Origin: Neisseria sp. Ec49-e6-T10
GTDB lineage: Bacteria > Pseudomonadota > Gammaproteobacteria > Burkholderiales > Neisseriaceae
Reading direction: 5' to 3'
Assembly: GCF_051132615.1 (NCBI RefSeq)
Contig: NZ_CP152375.1
Coordinates: 1,278,859-1,342,858 of the forward strand
DNA: 64,000 nucleotides
Below are positions 32,832 to 42,433 of this stretch, in pieces; position 1 is the first letter of the stretch; each line of letters opens with the position of its first letter. A program made the position numbers and the translations under genes. The notes beneath the pieces were generated by a model that worked only from the letters and a program-made list of their open reading frames with translations, searched no databases and was not told where the DNA came from.

Positions 32832-34055
32832 ATGAGTAAATATCAAGTATTAAAAAATGAACAATGCAACCCCATTAAAATGTGGACAGAAGGCGTACCT
32901 GTTGAAGAAGATGCAAAACAACAATTATTGAACACGGCCTCTATGCCTTTTATATTTAGCCATATTGCGGTCATGCCTGATGTGCATTTAGGTAAGGGTT
33001 CAACCATTGGCAGTGTGATCCCGACTAAAAATGCCATTATTCCTGCAGCAGTTGGTGTGGATATTGGTTGTGGCATGATGGCTGTACGAACATCATTAAC
33101 AGCAAATGATTTACCTGATCATTTGTATGCCATACGCAGTGCCATTGAACAAGCGGTGCCTCATGGAAGAACCGTCAGCCGCAATACAAAACGAGACAAA
33201 GGCTCTTGGCAACAGCCTCCTCAGTTGATCGATCAATACTGGGCACAATTATTGCCTGGGTTTGAAAAATTAACCCAAAAACACCCTAGATTTAAAAATA
33301 CCAACCACTATAAACATTTAGGTACTTTGGGTACAGGCAATCATTTTATTGAACTGTGTTTAGATGAAAACGATCAAGTATGGGTGATGTTGCATAGTGG
33401 CTCACGCGGTGTAGGCAATGCCATTGGTTCTTATTTTATTGAGTTGGCGCAAAAAGACATGGAAGGCCATCTTGGCAACTTACCTGATAAAAATTTAGCG
33501 TATTTCCCAGAAGGAAGCGAACACTTTGATGACTATTTTGAGGCGGTCGGTTGGGCACAAGAATATGCCCGTTTAAATCGAGAAGCCATGATGAATCATG
33601 TGTTACTGGCGATAAAATCGGTGATTACCAAGCCATTTAAAACGGATTTAGAGGCGGTTAATTGCCATCATAACTATGTGCAAAAAGAAACTCATTTTTC
33701 AGAAGAAATTCTGGTCACACGTAAAGGTGCTGTTTCTGCCCAAAAGGGGCAATTGGGGATTATTCCTGGTTCTATGGGGGCAAAAAGTTATATTGTGCGT
33801 GGTTTGGGTAACGAGCAAAGTTTTTGTTCTTGTTCTCATGGCGCAGGCCGTGTAATGAGTCGAACAGCCGCAAAAAAACGCTTTACAGTGGCCGATCAAA
33901 TTGAAGCAACAGCTCATGTAGAGTGCCGTAAAGATGCTGCGGTGATTGATGAAATCCCCATGGCTTATAAAGACATTGATGCGGTTATGGCAGCACAAGA
34001 TGATTTGGTTGAAATTGTGCATCAGTTAAGACAGGTTGTGTGTGTTAAAGGGTAA
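32832..34055 (+). CDS. rtcB: RNA-splicing ligase RtcB (3'-phosphate/5'-hydroxyl RNA ligase)
   Basis: 407 aa, collinear with RtcB (…HSGSRGVGN…, metal-binding His/Cys, C-terminal CSHGAGR nucleotidyl-His region). Confidence 0.92.
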   Translation: MSKYQVLKNEQCNPIKMWTEGVPVEEDAKQQLLNTASMPFIFSHIAVMPDVHLGKGSTIGSVIPTKNAIIPAAVGVDIGCGMMAVRTSLTANDLPDHLYAIRSAIEQAVPHGRTVSRNTKRDKGSWQQPPQLIDQYWAQLLPGFEKLTQKHPRFKNTNHYKHLGTLGTGNHFIELCLDENDQVWVMLHSGSRGVGNAIGSYFIELAQKDMEGHLGNLPDKNLAYFPEGSEHFDDYFEAVGWAQEYARLNREAMMNHVLLAIKSVITKPFKTDLEAVNCHHNYVQKETHFSEEILVTRKGAVSAQKGQLGIIPGSMGAKSYIVRGLGNEQSFCSCSHGAGRVMSRTAAKKRFTVADQIEATAHVECRKDAAVIDEIPMAYKDIDAVMAAQDDLVEIVHQLRQVVCVKG

Positions 34056-34434
34056 TTTATCCACTAAAATGATCCGACACCACACAAAAACGAATAAAGA
34101 AAAATCAGTGGCAAACTTTAAGATACCGATATATGCATTTTACAAAAAAAATACTTTATAGACGTTTTAAGGTTTTGCCATTTAATTGAGCTTGGACGCT
34201 CACCAAAATAAACCATACGCATAAATAATTGTATTTTTTAATGTTCAGAATAAAAGATAAACTCTCATATAAAAATTTAAATATTTATTATATTAACATA
34301 TTGAATTTTAATAAAATATTGGTCATTTAACAACATTAAAAAATATTATACTTAATAATCAGTTAAATAATTTGCCACTAAAAACCTTTATCGCTAAAGT
34401 TATGAAGATTAGGATAAGAATCAGGCAAGTATCA

Positions 34435-37400
34435 ATGAAAAAATGCGATCGCTCTCTATTAAGAGGCGCATATATTAGTTCAAATTATGACGTTTCATCT
34501 GTAAAAACCCCCAAAAAAACCTTCAAAACCACCCAATATCTACTCAGTGGATTACTCGCAACAATTTTTATGTCGAATGGTTTTGCCGCAAGCTATGACC
34601 ATACAGGTTCGGTTATAACCAACATTACAGCCGAAAATGGAGACACCCATAATATATTAGGAGGCACAACAGTTACGCCACCTAATGGGCAGACAGGTAT
34701 TTTGGTTAAAGATGGCGGAACCGTAAATATTAATACCTCATCTAATGGCAACCTAACATCAGTCAATGTCAATGATGCTTACGCGGTACAGGTAAATAAT
34801 GGTGGTTCAATATCTATTGGCAACACGGCTTCAACTTCTACACTTGAGGCAAACTCAACAGGTACCAGTACAGCACCAAGTGCGGTAATTAGAGCAGCAG
34901 GCGCCAATTCAACAGTAACGATTCAACAAACCACCATCAATTCTATTGGTGATTATAATCACGCTGTTTATACCTCTAATAATATTCAGACCACGATAAG
35001 TGGTGGTATGGTTTCAAGCGTAGGAACGGGAAGCCATGGTGTCTATACCCGTAGCGGTAGTGAAGTAGTACTAGATGGCACAACAGTCTCCACGTCAGGC
35101 TCTCGTGCTCGAGGCTTACATGCTCAAGATAGAAACACAAAAATCACTGCTCACGGCATCACTGTAAACACAACAGGTAACGATGCTTATGCTGCTTTTG
35201 TATTTGATCAAGGCCATATTACCCTAGATGGTCACAGCAACCTCACGACCGAAGGTGCGAATGCTTATGGACTCACGGTAAATGGTGGAACCGCCTATGC
35301 AAAAAACACCAACATCACAACCAATGGCAATGATGCCAGAGGGGTAAATACGGTATCAAATGGTTCTGTTGTGCTTGATGGTGGGGTAACAATACATACC
35401 CATGGAACTAAAGCATATGGTTTATTTGCCTCAAATACAGGCGCCCTGATTACTGCGAACAGCACCCATGTCACCACAGAAAATATTGATGCTTATGGCG
35501 CTTATGCGGATACCGGTGGCAAGATTGAATTAATCGGTGCCAATCATATACTCACTCGTGGTAATGCTGCATATGGTTTACTTTCCAGTGGTATCAATGC
35601 TCAATTATTATCCAGTGGTACGAATAACTTAGTTGAAACCCAAGGCACAGATGCACACGGTGTGATGGTAAGAAACAGTGGTGCGGCAAACCTTATCGGC
35701 ACCAGCGTCAAAACAACAGGTTTAAATGCACATGCTTTAAACACACGCTCTTTAGGACAACTAAACTTTAATCTGACTGGCGGCCAATTAATTTCCATTC
35801 AGGGAACCAGCTTCTTTACCGAAGGTGGGATGATTGACGCCACCTTAGATGGTACTCAAGTGCTCAATAACGGTCAGTTGATTGATTCAGGCTCAGATGG
35901 CATATCCAATGGCGATATTCGCCTAACGGTAAAAAACACAACTTTAAACGGTAATATCACCGCTCAACAAGACAGTACTGCCAGCCTCAGCCTAGTTGGC
36001 ACCAATTGGCATGGTACGGCCACCAATGGTACAGATTTTGAATTAGACAATAACAGTGTATGGAATATGAGTGCAAGCTCAGACATCTCCACACTACACC
36101 ATGCAGGGCGTATTCATTTTAGTGCACCGGCAGGTAATCATTTTAATACATTAACCATACAAAATGATTATACAGGTAACGAAGGTACCTTTTATTTAAA
36201 CACAAAATTAGATGGCGATGGCTCACCAAGTGATCAACTAGTTGTGTCAGGGGACACCAATGGCAGCAGTCAATTACACATCACCAATGCAGGTGGGATG
36301 GGTGCTTTAACAGTGGCAGATGGTATTGAAGTTGTTCGTGTCCAAGGGCAATCAAATGGTACCTTTAAATTAACTAATCGTGTCACTGCTGGCCTTTACG
36401 AATACGAGTTATTTCAGCATGGCGTAGAAAGTAATGCAGCCAATGGCAATTGGTATTTACGCTCCTTATTGTTGCCAGATAATCAACCTGCTATACCAAC
36501 GGAAACAACCGTGTACTTGCGTAACCTCACGACAGCTTCCACAATGTTTTTGCATTCATTACACGATCGCTTAGGTGAACAGTCATCTAATCATGACAAT
36601 AAAATGGATGATCAAAATAAATCATCGGCTTGGATACGTGTTGCCAATAGTCATACCAATAGTAAAGGGGGTAATGGCCAAGTAAGTTTAGATACCGATA
36701 CCCATTTAATTCATTTTGGTGGTGATGTTGCCAGCTGGGCAAATGACCATCATCATTGGGCAATAGGTTTGATGGGTGCATATGGACACAGCACAATAGA
36801 TGCTTCAGCCAAAGAATTACCCACAACAACGAGTGGTCTTTCACGCAATGCAAAGGGTAAAATTGATGGTTACAGCGTTGGTGGTTATGCCACTTGGTAT
36901 CAAAACACAGACAAACCAACAGGCGCCTATATAGATGGCTGGCTACAATATGGTTGGTATAAAAATAAAGTTCAAGGCAACACCCAAGCTGAAGAACACT
37001 ATAACAGCCATAACTGGATGGCCTCTATCGAAGCTGGCTATGCCTTAATGGCCAGCGATCAAGACAGTTACCAATTATTCTTTGAGCCTCAACTCCAAGT
37101 CGCTTACACAAACTATCATGCCGATGATCACACGGATGCAGGTGGTACCCGCATCACCAATAATAACGCAGATAGTGTGGTGACAAAACTAGGGGTAAGA
37201 ATGTACAGCAAAAGTAAAAACAATAGCTTCATCCATTTTTTAGAAGCCAATTGGTGGCATAGCGATGCAAAAAACACTCTAGCTTTTGATGGTCAAACCA
37301 TGAGTGATGGAACGCCACATAGCCGTTATGAACTTAAAGCAGGTTTACAAGGCACCTTCTCTAAAAATTGGTCACTATGGGGACATGTTGGTGGACAATG

Positions 37401-37458
37401 GGGTGAAAACAGTTATAACCGCGTTGAAGGTATGATTGGCATCAAATATTTATTCTAA
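34435..37458 (+). CDS. autotransporter (type Va) adhesin-like protein with pertactin-like beta-helix passenger
   Basis: Extended signal peptide (…LLSGLLATIFMSNGFAAS); Gly/Thr/Asn-rich repeats (…AYGL…, …AHGV…); C-terminal 280 aa beta-barrel domain ending …GMIGIKYLF; start uncertain (34372 TTG / 34402 / 34435). Confidence 0.8.
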   Translation: MKKCDRSLLRGAYISSNYDVSSVKTPKKTFKTTQYLLSGLLATIFMSNGFAASYDHTGSVITNITAENGDTHNILGGTTVTPPNGQTGILVKDGGTVNINTSSNGNLTSVNVNDAYAVQVNNGGSISIGNTASTSTLEANSTGTSTAPSAVIRAAGANSTVTIQQTTINSIGDYNHAVYTSNNIQTTISGGMVSSVGTGSHGVYTRSGSEVVLDGTTVSTSGSRARGLHAQDRNTKITAHGITVNTTGNDAYAAFVFDQGHITLDGHSNLTTEGANAYGLTVNGGTAYAKNTNITTNGNDARGVNTVSNGSVVLDGGVTIHTHGTKAYGLFASNTGALITANSTHVTTENIDAYGAYADTGGKIELIGANHILTRGNAAYGLLSSGINAQLLSSGTNNLVETQGTDAHGVMVRNSGAANLIGTSVKTTGLNAHALNTRSLGQLNFNLTGGQLISIQGTSFFTEGGMIDATLDGTQVLNNGQLIDSGSDGISNGDIRLTVKNTTLNGNITAQQDSTASLSLVGTNWHGTATNGTDFELDNNSVWNMSASSDISTLHHAGRIHFSAPAGNHFNTLTIQNDYTGNEGTFYLNTKLDGDGSPSDQLVVSGDTNGSSQLHITNAGGMGALTVADGIEVVRVQGQSNGTFKLTNRVTAGLYEYELFQHGVESNAANGNWYLRSLLLPDNQPAIPTETTVYLRNLTTASTMFLHSLHDRLGEQSSNHDNKMDDQNKSSAWIRVANSHTNSKGGNGQVSLDTDTHLIHFGGDVASWANDHHHWAIGLMGAYGHSTIDASAKELPTTTSGLSRNAKGKIDGYSVGGYATWYQNTDKPTGAYIDGWLQYGWYKNKVQGNTQAEEHYNSHNWMASIEAGYALMASDQDSYQLFFEPQLQVAYTNYHADDHTDAGGTRITNNNADSVVTKLGVRMYSKSKNNSFIHFLEANWWHSDAKNTLAFDGQTMSDGTPHSRYELKAGLQGTFSKNWSLWGHVGGQWGENSYNRVEGMIGIKYLF

Positions 37459-37464
37459 AAGACA

Positions 37465-37497
37465 AAAGGCAGAAATAATTTCTCTGCCTTTTTGCCC
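37465..37497 (+). terminator. terminator after autotransporter gene
   Basis: GGCAGAAATaattTCTCTGCC hairpin followed by TTTTT. Confidence 0.6.
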
Positions 37498-37568
37498 TCT
37501 GAATGCAAACGCAAATCATGTAATTTGGTGTTAAAAATAACCTCTTTATTTCTCAACCATATCCACCA

Positions 37569-39539
37569 TTATGCCTTTTTACTAGGCAATGTTTGTTTTA
37601 CCTGATCTAAAGACATGGTTGCAACCACGCTCCCTGACAAAGGCATCTTCAATACATGATTTTTAATTTTACCCCATACCTGCATTTCACAAGGTTTACA
37701 ATCAAACTTAAGTGTCAGCGTTTCATTTTCGTGTATCAGTTGCATCGGTTGCGCATTATTGCGTACACCTTGTACTCCCTTAGCTTGTTTAGGGCATAAA
37801 TTAAACGCAAAACGCAAACAATGTTTGGTAATCATGACAGGCACATCACCCTTTTCTTGATGTGCTTCATAGGCTGCATCAATCAACTTCACCCCATAAC
37901 GATGATAAAAATCTCTGGCCTTTTGATTATAAACATTGGCCAAAAAAGTTAAGTGACTCTCTGGGTAAACAGGAGAAGGCTCAGCAACTGCTTTTCTTAT
38001 GCCTTTTTGTGCACAATAGTGTGCCAAACGTTGTTTGGTTAACTCATCAATCACATCTCGGCGTAACTGGTTTATTTGTGAACCCGCAACAAAATAAATA
38101 TCGGTTAAACACACTTCAATATGCGTGGCAACATAATCTGTTTGCCCAAGTTTGGCTAAACTCTCTTTAAGAGTGTGTAATGCTTTTTCACCTTGCTTGG
38201 CGATTTCAAAAGGCCCCAATAAATTTTTCTGGGCAACCACGCCCTCTTCACTGACCACTTGTAACGTTAATTGATGTTCATTGCCTGTTAAAAATAGCTG
38301 TACTGATATTTTTCTCTGGCTGGATGTTTTTAATAATGACTGTTGCCATTGATGATCTAAATTCCGATTCAGTGGATGAGAAGGTCGAATTTTTTGTAAT
38401 TGTGGCAACATCTCATTAGGATAAACCTTATACCAGAATGAATCTATTTCCTCGACCATATTGGCTCTAAACCCAACGATCTCCCGTTTAATCAAAACAT
38501 TTAACCCATCGCCATTGCTTAATGGTTCAGTGGTTTTTATTTCTAGGTAATCTTTCCCCACTTTCAGTATCTCACCTATAGGCAAACCAATAAATTTAGG
38601 GGAATCAAAGGCACCAATATCTATTTTACGATCTTGAACAAAATAATCAGTATTGCCACGATGAAACGTTTTATCAGGTTCTGGCACAAAAAAATGTTGA
38701 GAGCGGCCACTGGAAGCGGTCGTTAAATCAGTGCGTCTGGTTAAAATAGCATCCAGTTGTTGACGATAAAAAGCTGTGATGTTTTTCACATAACTCATGT
38801 CTTTGTATCGACCTTCTATTTTGAAAGAACGCACCCCTGCATTAATTAATGCTTCTAAATTGGCACTTTGATTATTGTCTTTCATCGACAATAAATGTTT
38901 TTCATAAGACACCACACGCCCTTGATTGTCTTTCAAGGTAAAAGGTAAACGGCAAGCTTGAGAACAATCCCCCCGATTGGCACTGCGCCCTGTTTGGGCA
39001 TGGGAGATATAACATTGTCCAGAAAACGCCACACACAAGGCACCATGAATAAAAAACTCAATATTGGCATCTACCTGTTGGCTGATTTGGGTGATTTCAT
39101 TTAAATTTAATTCCCTAGCCAACACCAATTGGGAAAACCCCACATCAGATAAAAACTTGGCTTTTTCGACGGTACGAATATCAGTTTGTGTACTGGCATG
39201 TAATTCAATAGGTGGAATATCCAACTCTAAAATACCCATATCCTGCACAATTAGGGCATCTACCCCAGCATCGTAGAGTTGCTGAATCAACAAACGAGCG
39301 CCTTCTAATTCATCATCATGCAAAATGGTATTCAATGTCACAAAAATTTTGGCATAAAAACGATGGGCAAAAGCCACCAAATCAGCAATATCTTTTAGAC
39401 TATTACCTGCATTGTGGCGTGCGCCAAAACTGGGGCCACCAATATAAACAGCATCAGCGCCATGTAAAATCGCCTCTTTGGCAATATGCACATCGCGTGC
39501 AGGGCTTAATAATTCTAGTTGATTGGATAAAAGAGTCAT
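37569..39539 (-). CDS. peptidase U32 family protein, long form (RlhA/YdcP-like)
   Basis: 656 aa; N-terminal U32 core (…ELLSPARDVHIAKEAILHGADAVYIGG…, Cys-rich motif) with the approximately 250-aa C-terminal extension typical of the 23S rRNA hydroxylation factor RlhA. Confidence 0.75.
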   Translation of the reverse strand: MTLLSNQLELLSPARDVHIAKEAILHGADAVYIGGPSFGARHNAGNSLKDIADLVAFAHRFYAKIFVTLNTILHDDELEGARLLIQQLYDAGVDALIVQDMGILELDIPPIELHASTQTDIRTVEKAKFLSDVGFSQLVLARELNLNEITQISQQVDANIEFFIHGALCVAFSGQCYISHAQTGRSANRGDCSQACRLPFTLKDNQGRVVSYEKHLLSMKDNNQSANLEALINAGVRSFKIEGRYKDMSYVKNITAFYRQQLDAILTRRTDLTTASSGRSQHFFVPEPDKTFHRGNTDYFVQDRKIDIGAFDSPKFIGLPIGEILKVGKDYLEIKTTEPLSNGDGLNVLIKREIVGFRANMVEEIDSFWYKVYPNEMLPQLQKIRPSHPLNRNLDHQWQQSLLKTSSQRKISVQLFLTGNEHQLTLQVVSEEGVVAQKNLLGPFEIAKQGEKALHTLKESLAKLGQTDYVATHIEVCLTDIYFVAGSQINQLRRDVIDELTKQRLAHYCAQKGIRKAVAEPSPVYPESHLTFLANVYNQKARDFYHRYGVKLIDAAYEAHQEKGDVPVMITKHCLRFAFNLCPKQAKGVQGVRNNAQPMQLIHENETLTLKFDCKPCEMQVWGKIKNHVLKMPLSGSVVATMSLDQVKQTLPSKKA

Positions 39540-39987
39540 AATAAAGTGTGTTGTGAATATATTTATTGAGGGAAAAGACGCATCAACGTAGAATAACTAA
39601 CCACATTACTCTCAAGAAGATTAGCACCATTGTTATTTTAGTTAGTGTACGGTATTCTATTTTACCCAAACTCTCAACGGTAATCTACAATATCAACATC
39701 TACAAATCCATATAAACACATTTAATGTAATCTAAACCTGAACATAAGAACAGAATATCTGAATTGTGTGTAAAACCTTGCTTTAGACCTAGTTATATAG
39801 GATGCTATACTTCACACATAAAGTCTATATAATAGTCATCCGTGTACAAAAATAACCAAATACAATAAAATTTCAATTATTCTTTAATAAATAGGAATAT
39901 TCAACCCAAAATCTAGTTAAGTACAAATGAGTTTTTTGTCCAATCTTTTTATGGTTAAACCATAAAAAGGAAGAAGAAAGGTAAAGA

Positions 39988-40266
39988 ATGATCCAAAAAG
40001 CAATCTTTAGTGTCCTTATCATTATTTTCATTTTGTTGATTACTATCTTTGAATTTAGCATGTTAATGTTAATGACGATACTTCATGGAGTTAATCATCA
40101 ATTATATTATCATTCATGGATTGTTTTCATTCTTCTGCGATTAGTTTCATTGATTATCTTGGGAGTATCATACTTTAAAGAATGGAAAATCAGCTTTAAG
40201 GTCTCATTATCCTTATTTATATTTTCATTCCTAATTACTGTCATTATAGGTAGTGTATATATCTAA
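39988..40266 (+). CDS. hypothetical small membrane protein (3 TM)
   Basis: 92 aa, highly hydrophobic, AAGAAAGG RBS; inside a 450-bp AT-rich spacer. Confidence 0.35.
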   Translation: MIQKAIFSVLIIIFILLITIFEFSMLMLMTILHGVNHQLYYHSWIVFILLRLVSLIILGVSYFKEWKISFKVSLSLFIFSFLITVIIGSVYI

Positions 40267-40296
40267 AAAAATCATATAAAACAAAAATATTCCACA

Positions 40297-40755
40297 TTAG
40301 ATGTAATTAACAATAGATTTAAATTGCGTTAGCTTCATCACCAAAGCATCTTCAAACCCCGTACCTAAGTGATAATAATTTTTACGATGCCCAATAACCT
40401 CAAACCCCATTTTTTCATAAAGCCTTTGAGCCGCTATATTACTTTGCCTTACTTCCAAAAAAATGGATTCTAGCTGCTCTTGTTGGCAAACACTCAACAT
40501 TTTATTGAGTAACATTTGCGCTAAATGTTGACGCTGATGTTCTGGCGCAATAGCAATATTATAAATTTCTGCAACCCCCGCACAAATATGCCACAACAAA
40601 AAGCCTGCTATTTTATCCCCCTGTTTGACAACCCATAAGTGTTGTTTATTGTGCAGGGCGCTTAAGTATTGCACTTTTGACCAAGCAGATGGATTAACCA
40701 TTGCATCAATAGCCACAATGGCATCAATATCGTCTTCTGTTGCCTCTACAATCAT
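40297..40755 (-). CDS. rimI: ribosomal-protein-alanine N-acetyltransferase
   Basis: 152 aa GNAT fold; 4-nt overlap with upstream tsaB, the conserved tsaB-rimI arrangement. Confidence 0.85.
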   Translation of the reverse strand: MIVEATEDDIDAIVAIDAMVNPSAWSKVQYLSALHNKQHLWVVKQGDKIAGFLLWHICAGVAEIYNIAIAPEHQRQHLAQMLLNKMLSVCQQEQLESIFLEVRQSNIAAQRLYEKMGFEVIGHRKNYYHLGTGFEDALVMKLTQFKSIVNYI

Positions 40756-41411
40756 TTTTGGGCTTTTCTTTGTGCTTGCTCTGTTGCAGTCAGTGCTATT
40801 TTATTACGCACATATAAAAGCTCCGCTTCTTGAGCTTTTAACTGTGGATAATTTCCCGATAAAGCCAAGGGCAAAAAATCAGCTGCAGTAGGCATGGTCA
40901 CCATACCCTTTACAGGCAAATGATCATACACAGCAAAGGCGTTACCAATACCCATGGCACTTTGGCAAGGCATTGGCAAGGTAATACTGTCAGGTTTGCC
41001 CACTTGATAATCACTTAATTTTTTTTGATTTTTTGTATCATACCAAGCAAAAAACACTTCCCCCATTCTGGCATCAATTGCACATAAAACCTGTTCATGC
41101 TTTGGTGCCAATGATGAAAGCACATCCAAAGTGGGCACGGCCACTAATGGCGTATCATGCGCCAACGATAAGCCCTGCGCCACACCCGCACCGATACGCA
41201 AACCAGTAAAAGAACCTGGGCCTTGTGCATAAGTGATTAAATCCAGTTGATTAAGCTGGATATCGTGTTTTACCAATAATTCTTTTAAAGTTGGGAAAAT
41301 CAGCTCCGCATGTTTTTGCTCAGCCGCAACATGAACCAAATCCTGTTTAGTATCAATTTGCAGAGCTAAAGATAAAAATGAAGTAGATGTATCAATACTT
41401 AAAGCAAACAT
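40752..41411 (-). CDS. tsaB: tRNA t6A37 biosynthesis protein TsaB (YeaZ)
   Basis: 219 aa, inactive Kae1/TsaD paralogue N-terminus (…IDTSTSFLSLAL…GPGSFTGLRIG…). Confidence 0.85.
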   Translation of the reverse strand: MFALSIDTSTSFLSLALQIDTKQDLVHVAAEQKHAELIFPTLKELLVKHDIQLNQLDLITYAQGPGSFTGLRIGAGVAQGLSLAHDTPLVAVPTLDVLSSLAPKHEQVLCAIDARMGEVFFAWYDTKNQKKLSDYQVGKPDSITLPMPCQSAMGIGNAFAVYDHLPVKGMVTMPTAADFLPLALSGNYPQLKAQEAELLYVRNKIALTATEQAQRKAQK

Positions 41412-41460
41412 AGTTTAAATTATCGTAAAATAAGCCTTTATTATAACCCAAGCGTTACTC

Positions 41461-42348
41461 ATGAGTGTATATATCGGCCGTTTTGCACCAAGCCCAACAG
41501 GAGCTTTACATTTAGGTTCATTGCTGGCCGCTTTAGGTAGCTTTTTAGATGCCAAAAGCCATCAAGGCAAATGGCTTGTCCGTATTGAAGATGTAGACAC
41601 TACAAGAACCGTTAAAAATGCAGATACTCAAATTCTAAAGACATTAGAAGCCTTTGGTTTACTGTGGGATGACCAAGTAGTTTACCAAAGCCAGAGGACA
41701 GAAGCTTATCAGGAAGCACTGACATACTTACAGCAACACCAACAAGTTTACCCTTGCTTTTGTTCCCGTAAAAAAGTCAAAGAAGAGGGCAAAGAAGGCA
41801 TAGATGGCGCAATATATTCTGGGCATTGTCGTCTTTTCTTATCAAACGATTTCACTCAACCACACTCTTGGCGATTTTATGTGCCCAAAGGCGTATTCGG
41901 CTTTGAAGATAGAATTCTGGGCACATATAACCAAAACGTGCACGAGCAAATTGGCGATTTTATCTTAAAACGAAGAGACCACTTATGGGCGTACCAATTG
42001 GCTGTTGTAGTAGATGATGCATGGCAAAATATTACCCATATTGTTCGCGGGCAAGATTTACTAATCTCCACACCAAGGCAAATTGCCTTGCAACAAGCCT
42101 TAGGCCTTCCTACCCCGCAATACGCTCACTTGCCCCTTTTGGTCAATAACCACGGGCAAAAGCTCTCCAAGCAAACCTTGGCACCCGCTTTAAACCTGCA
42201 TGAAACTTTAACCTTACTCAAAAAAGTGCTCCCCTTTTTAGGACTTCTACCCCCTAACGGTATTGATACAATTGATGATCTTCTACAATGGGCGATTACC
42301 CATTGGCATATCACCCAAGTACCCAAACAAGCTTTTGAAATCCGATAA
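41461..42348 (+). CDS. gluQ: glutamyl-Q tRNA(Asp) synthetase
   Basis: 295 aa truncated GluRS catalytic domain without anticodon-binding domain; GRFAPSPTGALHLGS (HIGH) and KLSK motifs. Confidence 0.88.
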   Translation: MSVYIGRFAPSPTGALHLGSLLAALGSFLDAKSHQGKWLVRIEDVDTTRTVKNADTQILKTLEAFGLLWDDQVVYQSQRTEAYQEALTYLQQHQQVYPCFCSRKKVKEEGKEGIDGAIYSGHCRLFLSNDFTQPHSWRFYVPKGVFGFEDRILGTYNQNVHEQIGDFILKRRDHLWAYQLAVVVDDAWQNITHIVRGQDLLISTPRQIALQQALGLPTPQYAHLPLLVNNHGQKLSKQTLAPALNLHETLTLLKKVLPFLGLLPPNGIDTIDDLLQWAITHWHITQVPKQAFEIR

Positions 42349-42433
42349 AGTATGCTTGTATATTCTGTCCGTTCACACTAGAATTATCTTAACTGTCTTT
42401 ACGGCCTAACCCAACTTAAAAGCAAAATTCAAA

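Noticed and set aside
34056-34434. Looked for rtcA downstream of rtcB
   Set aside because: No ORF of appropriate size or similarity; region is AT-rich non-coding DNA leading into the autotransporter gene.
35295-36919. Short antisense ORFs inside the autotransporter passenger
   Set aside because: Repeat-rich Gly/Thr coding sequence gives open antisense frames; no independent support.
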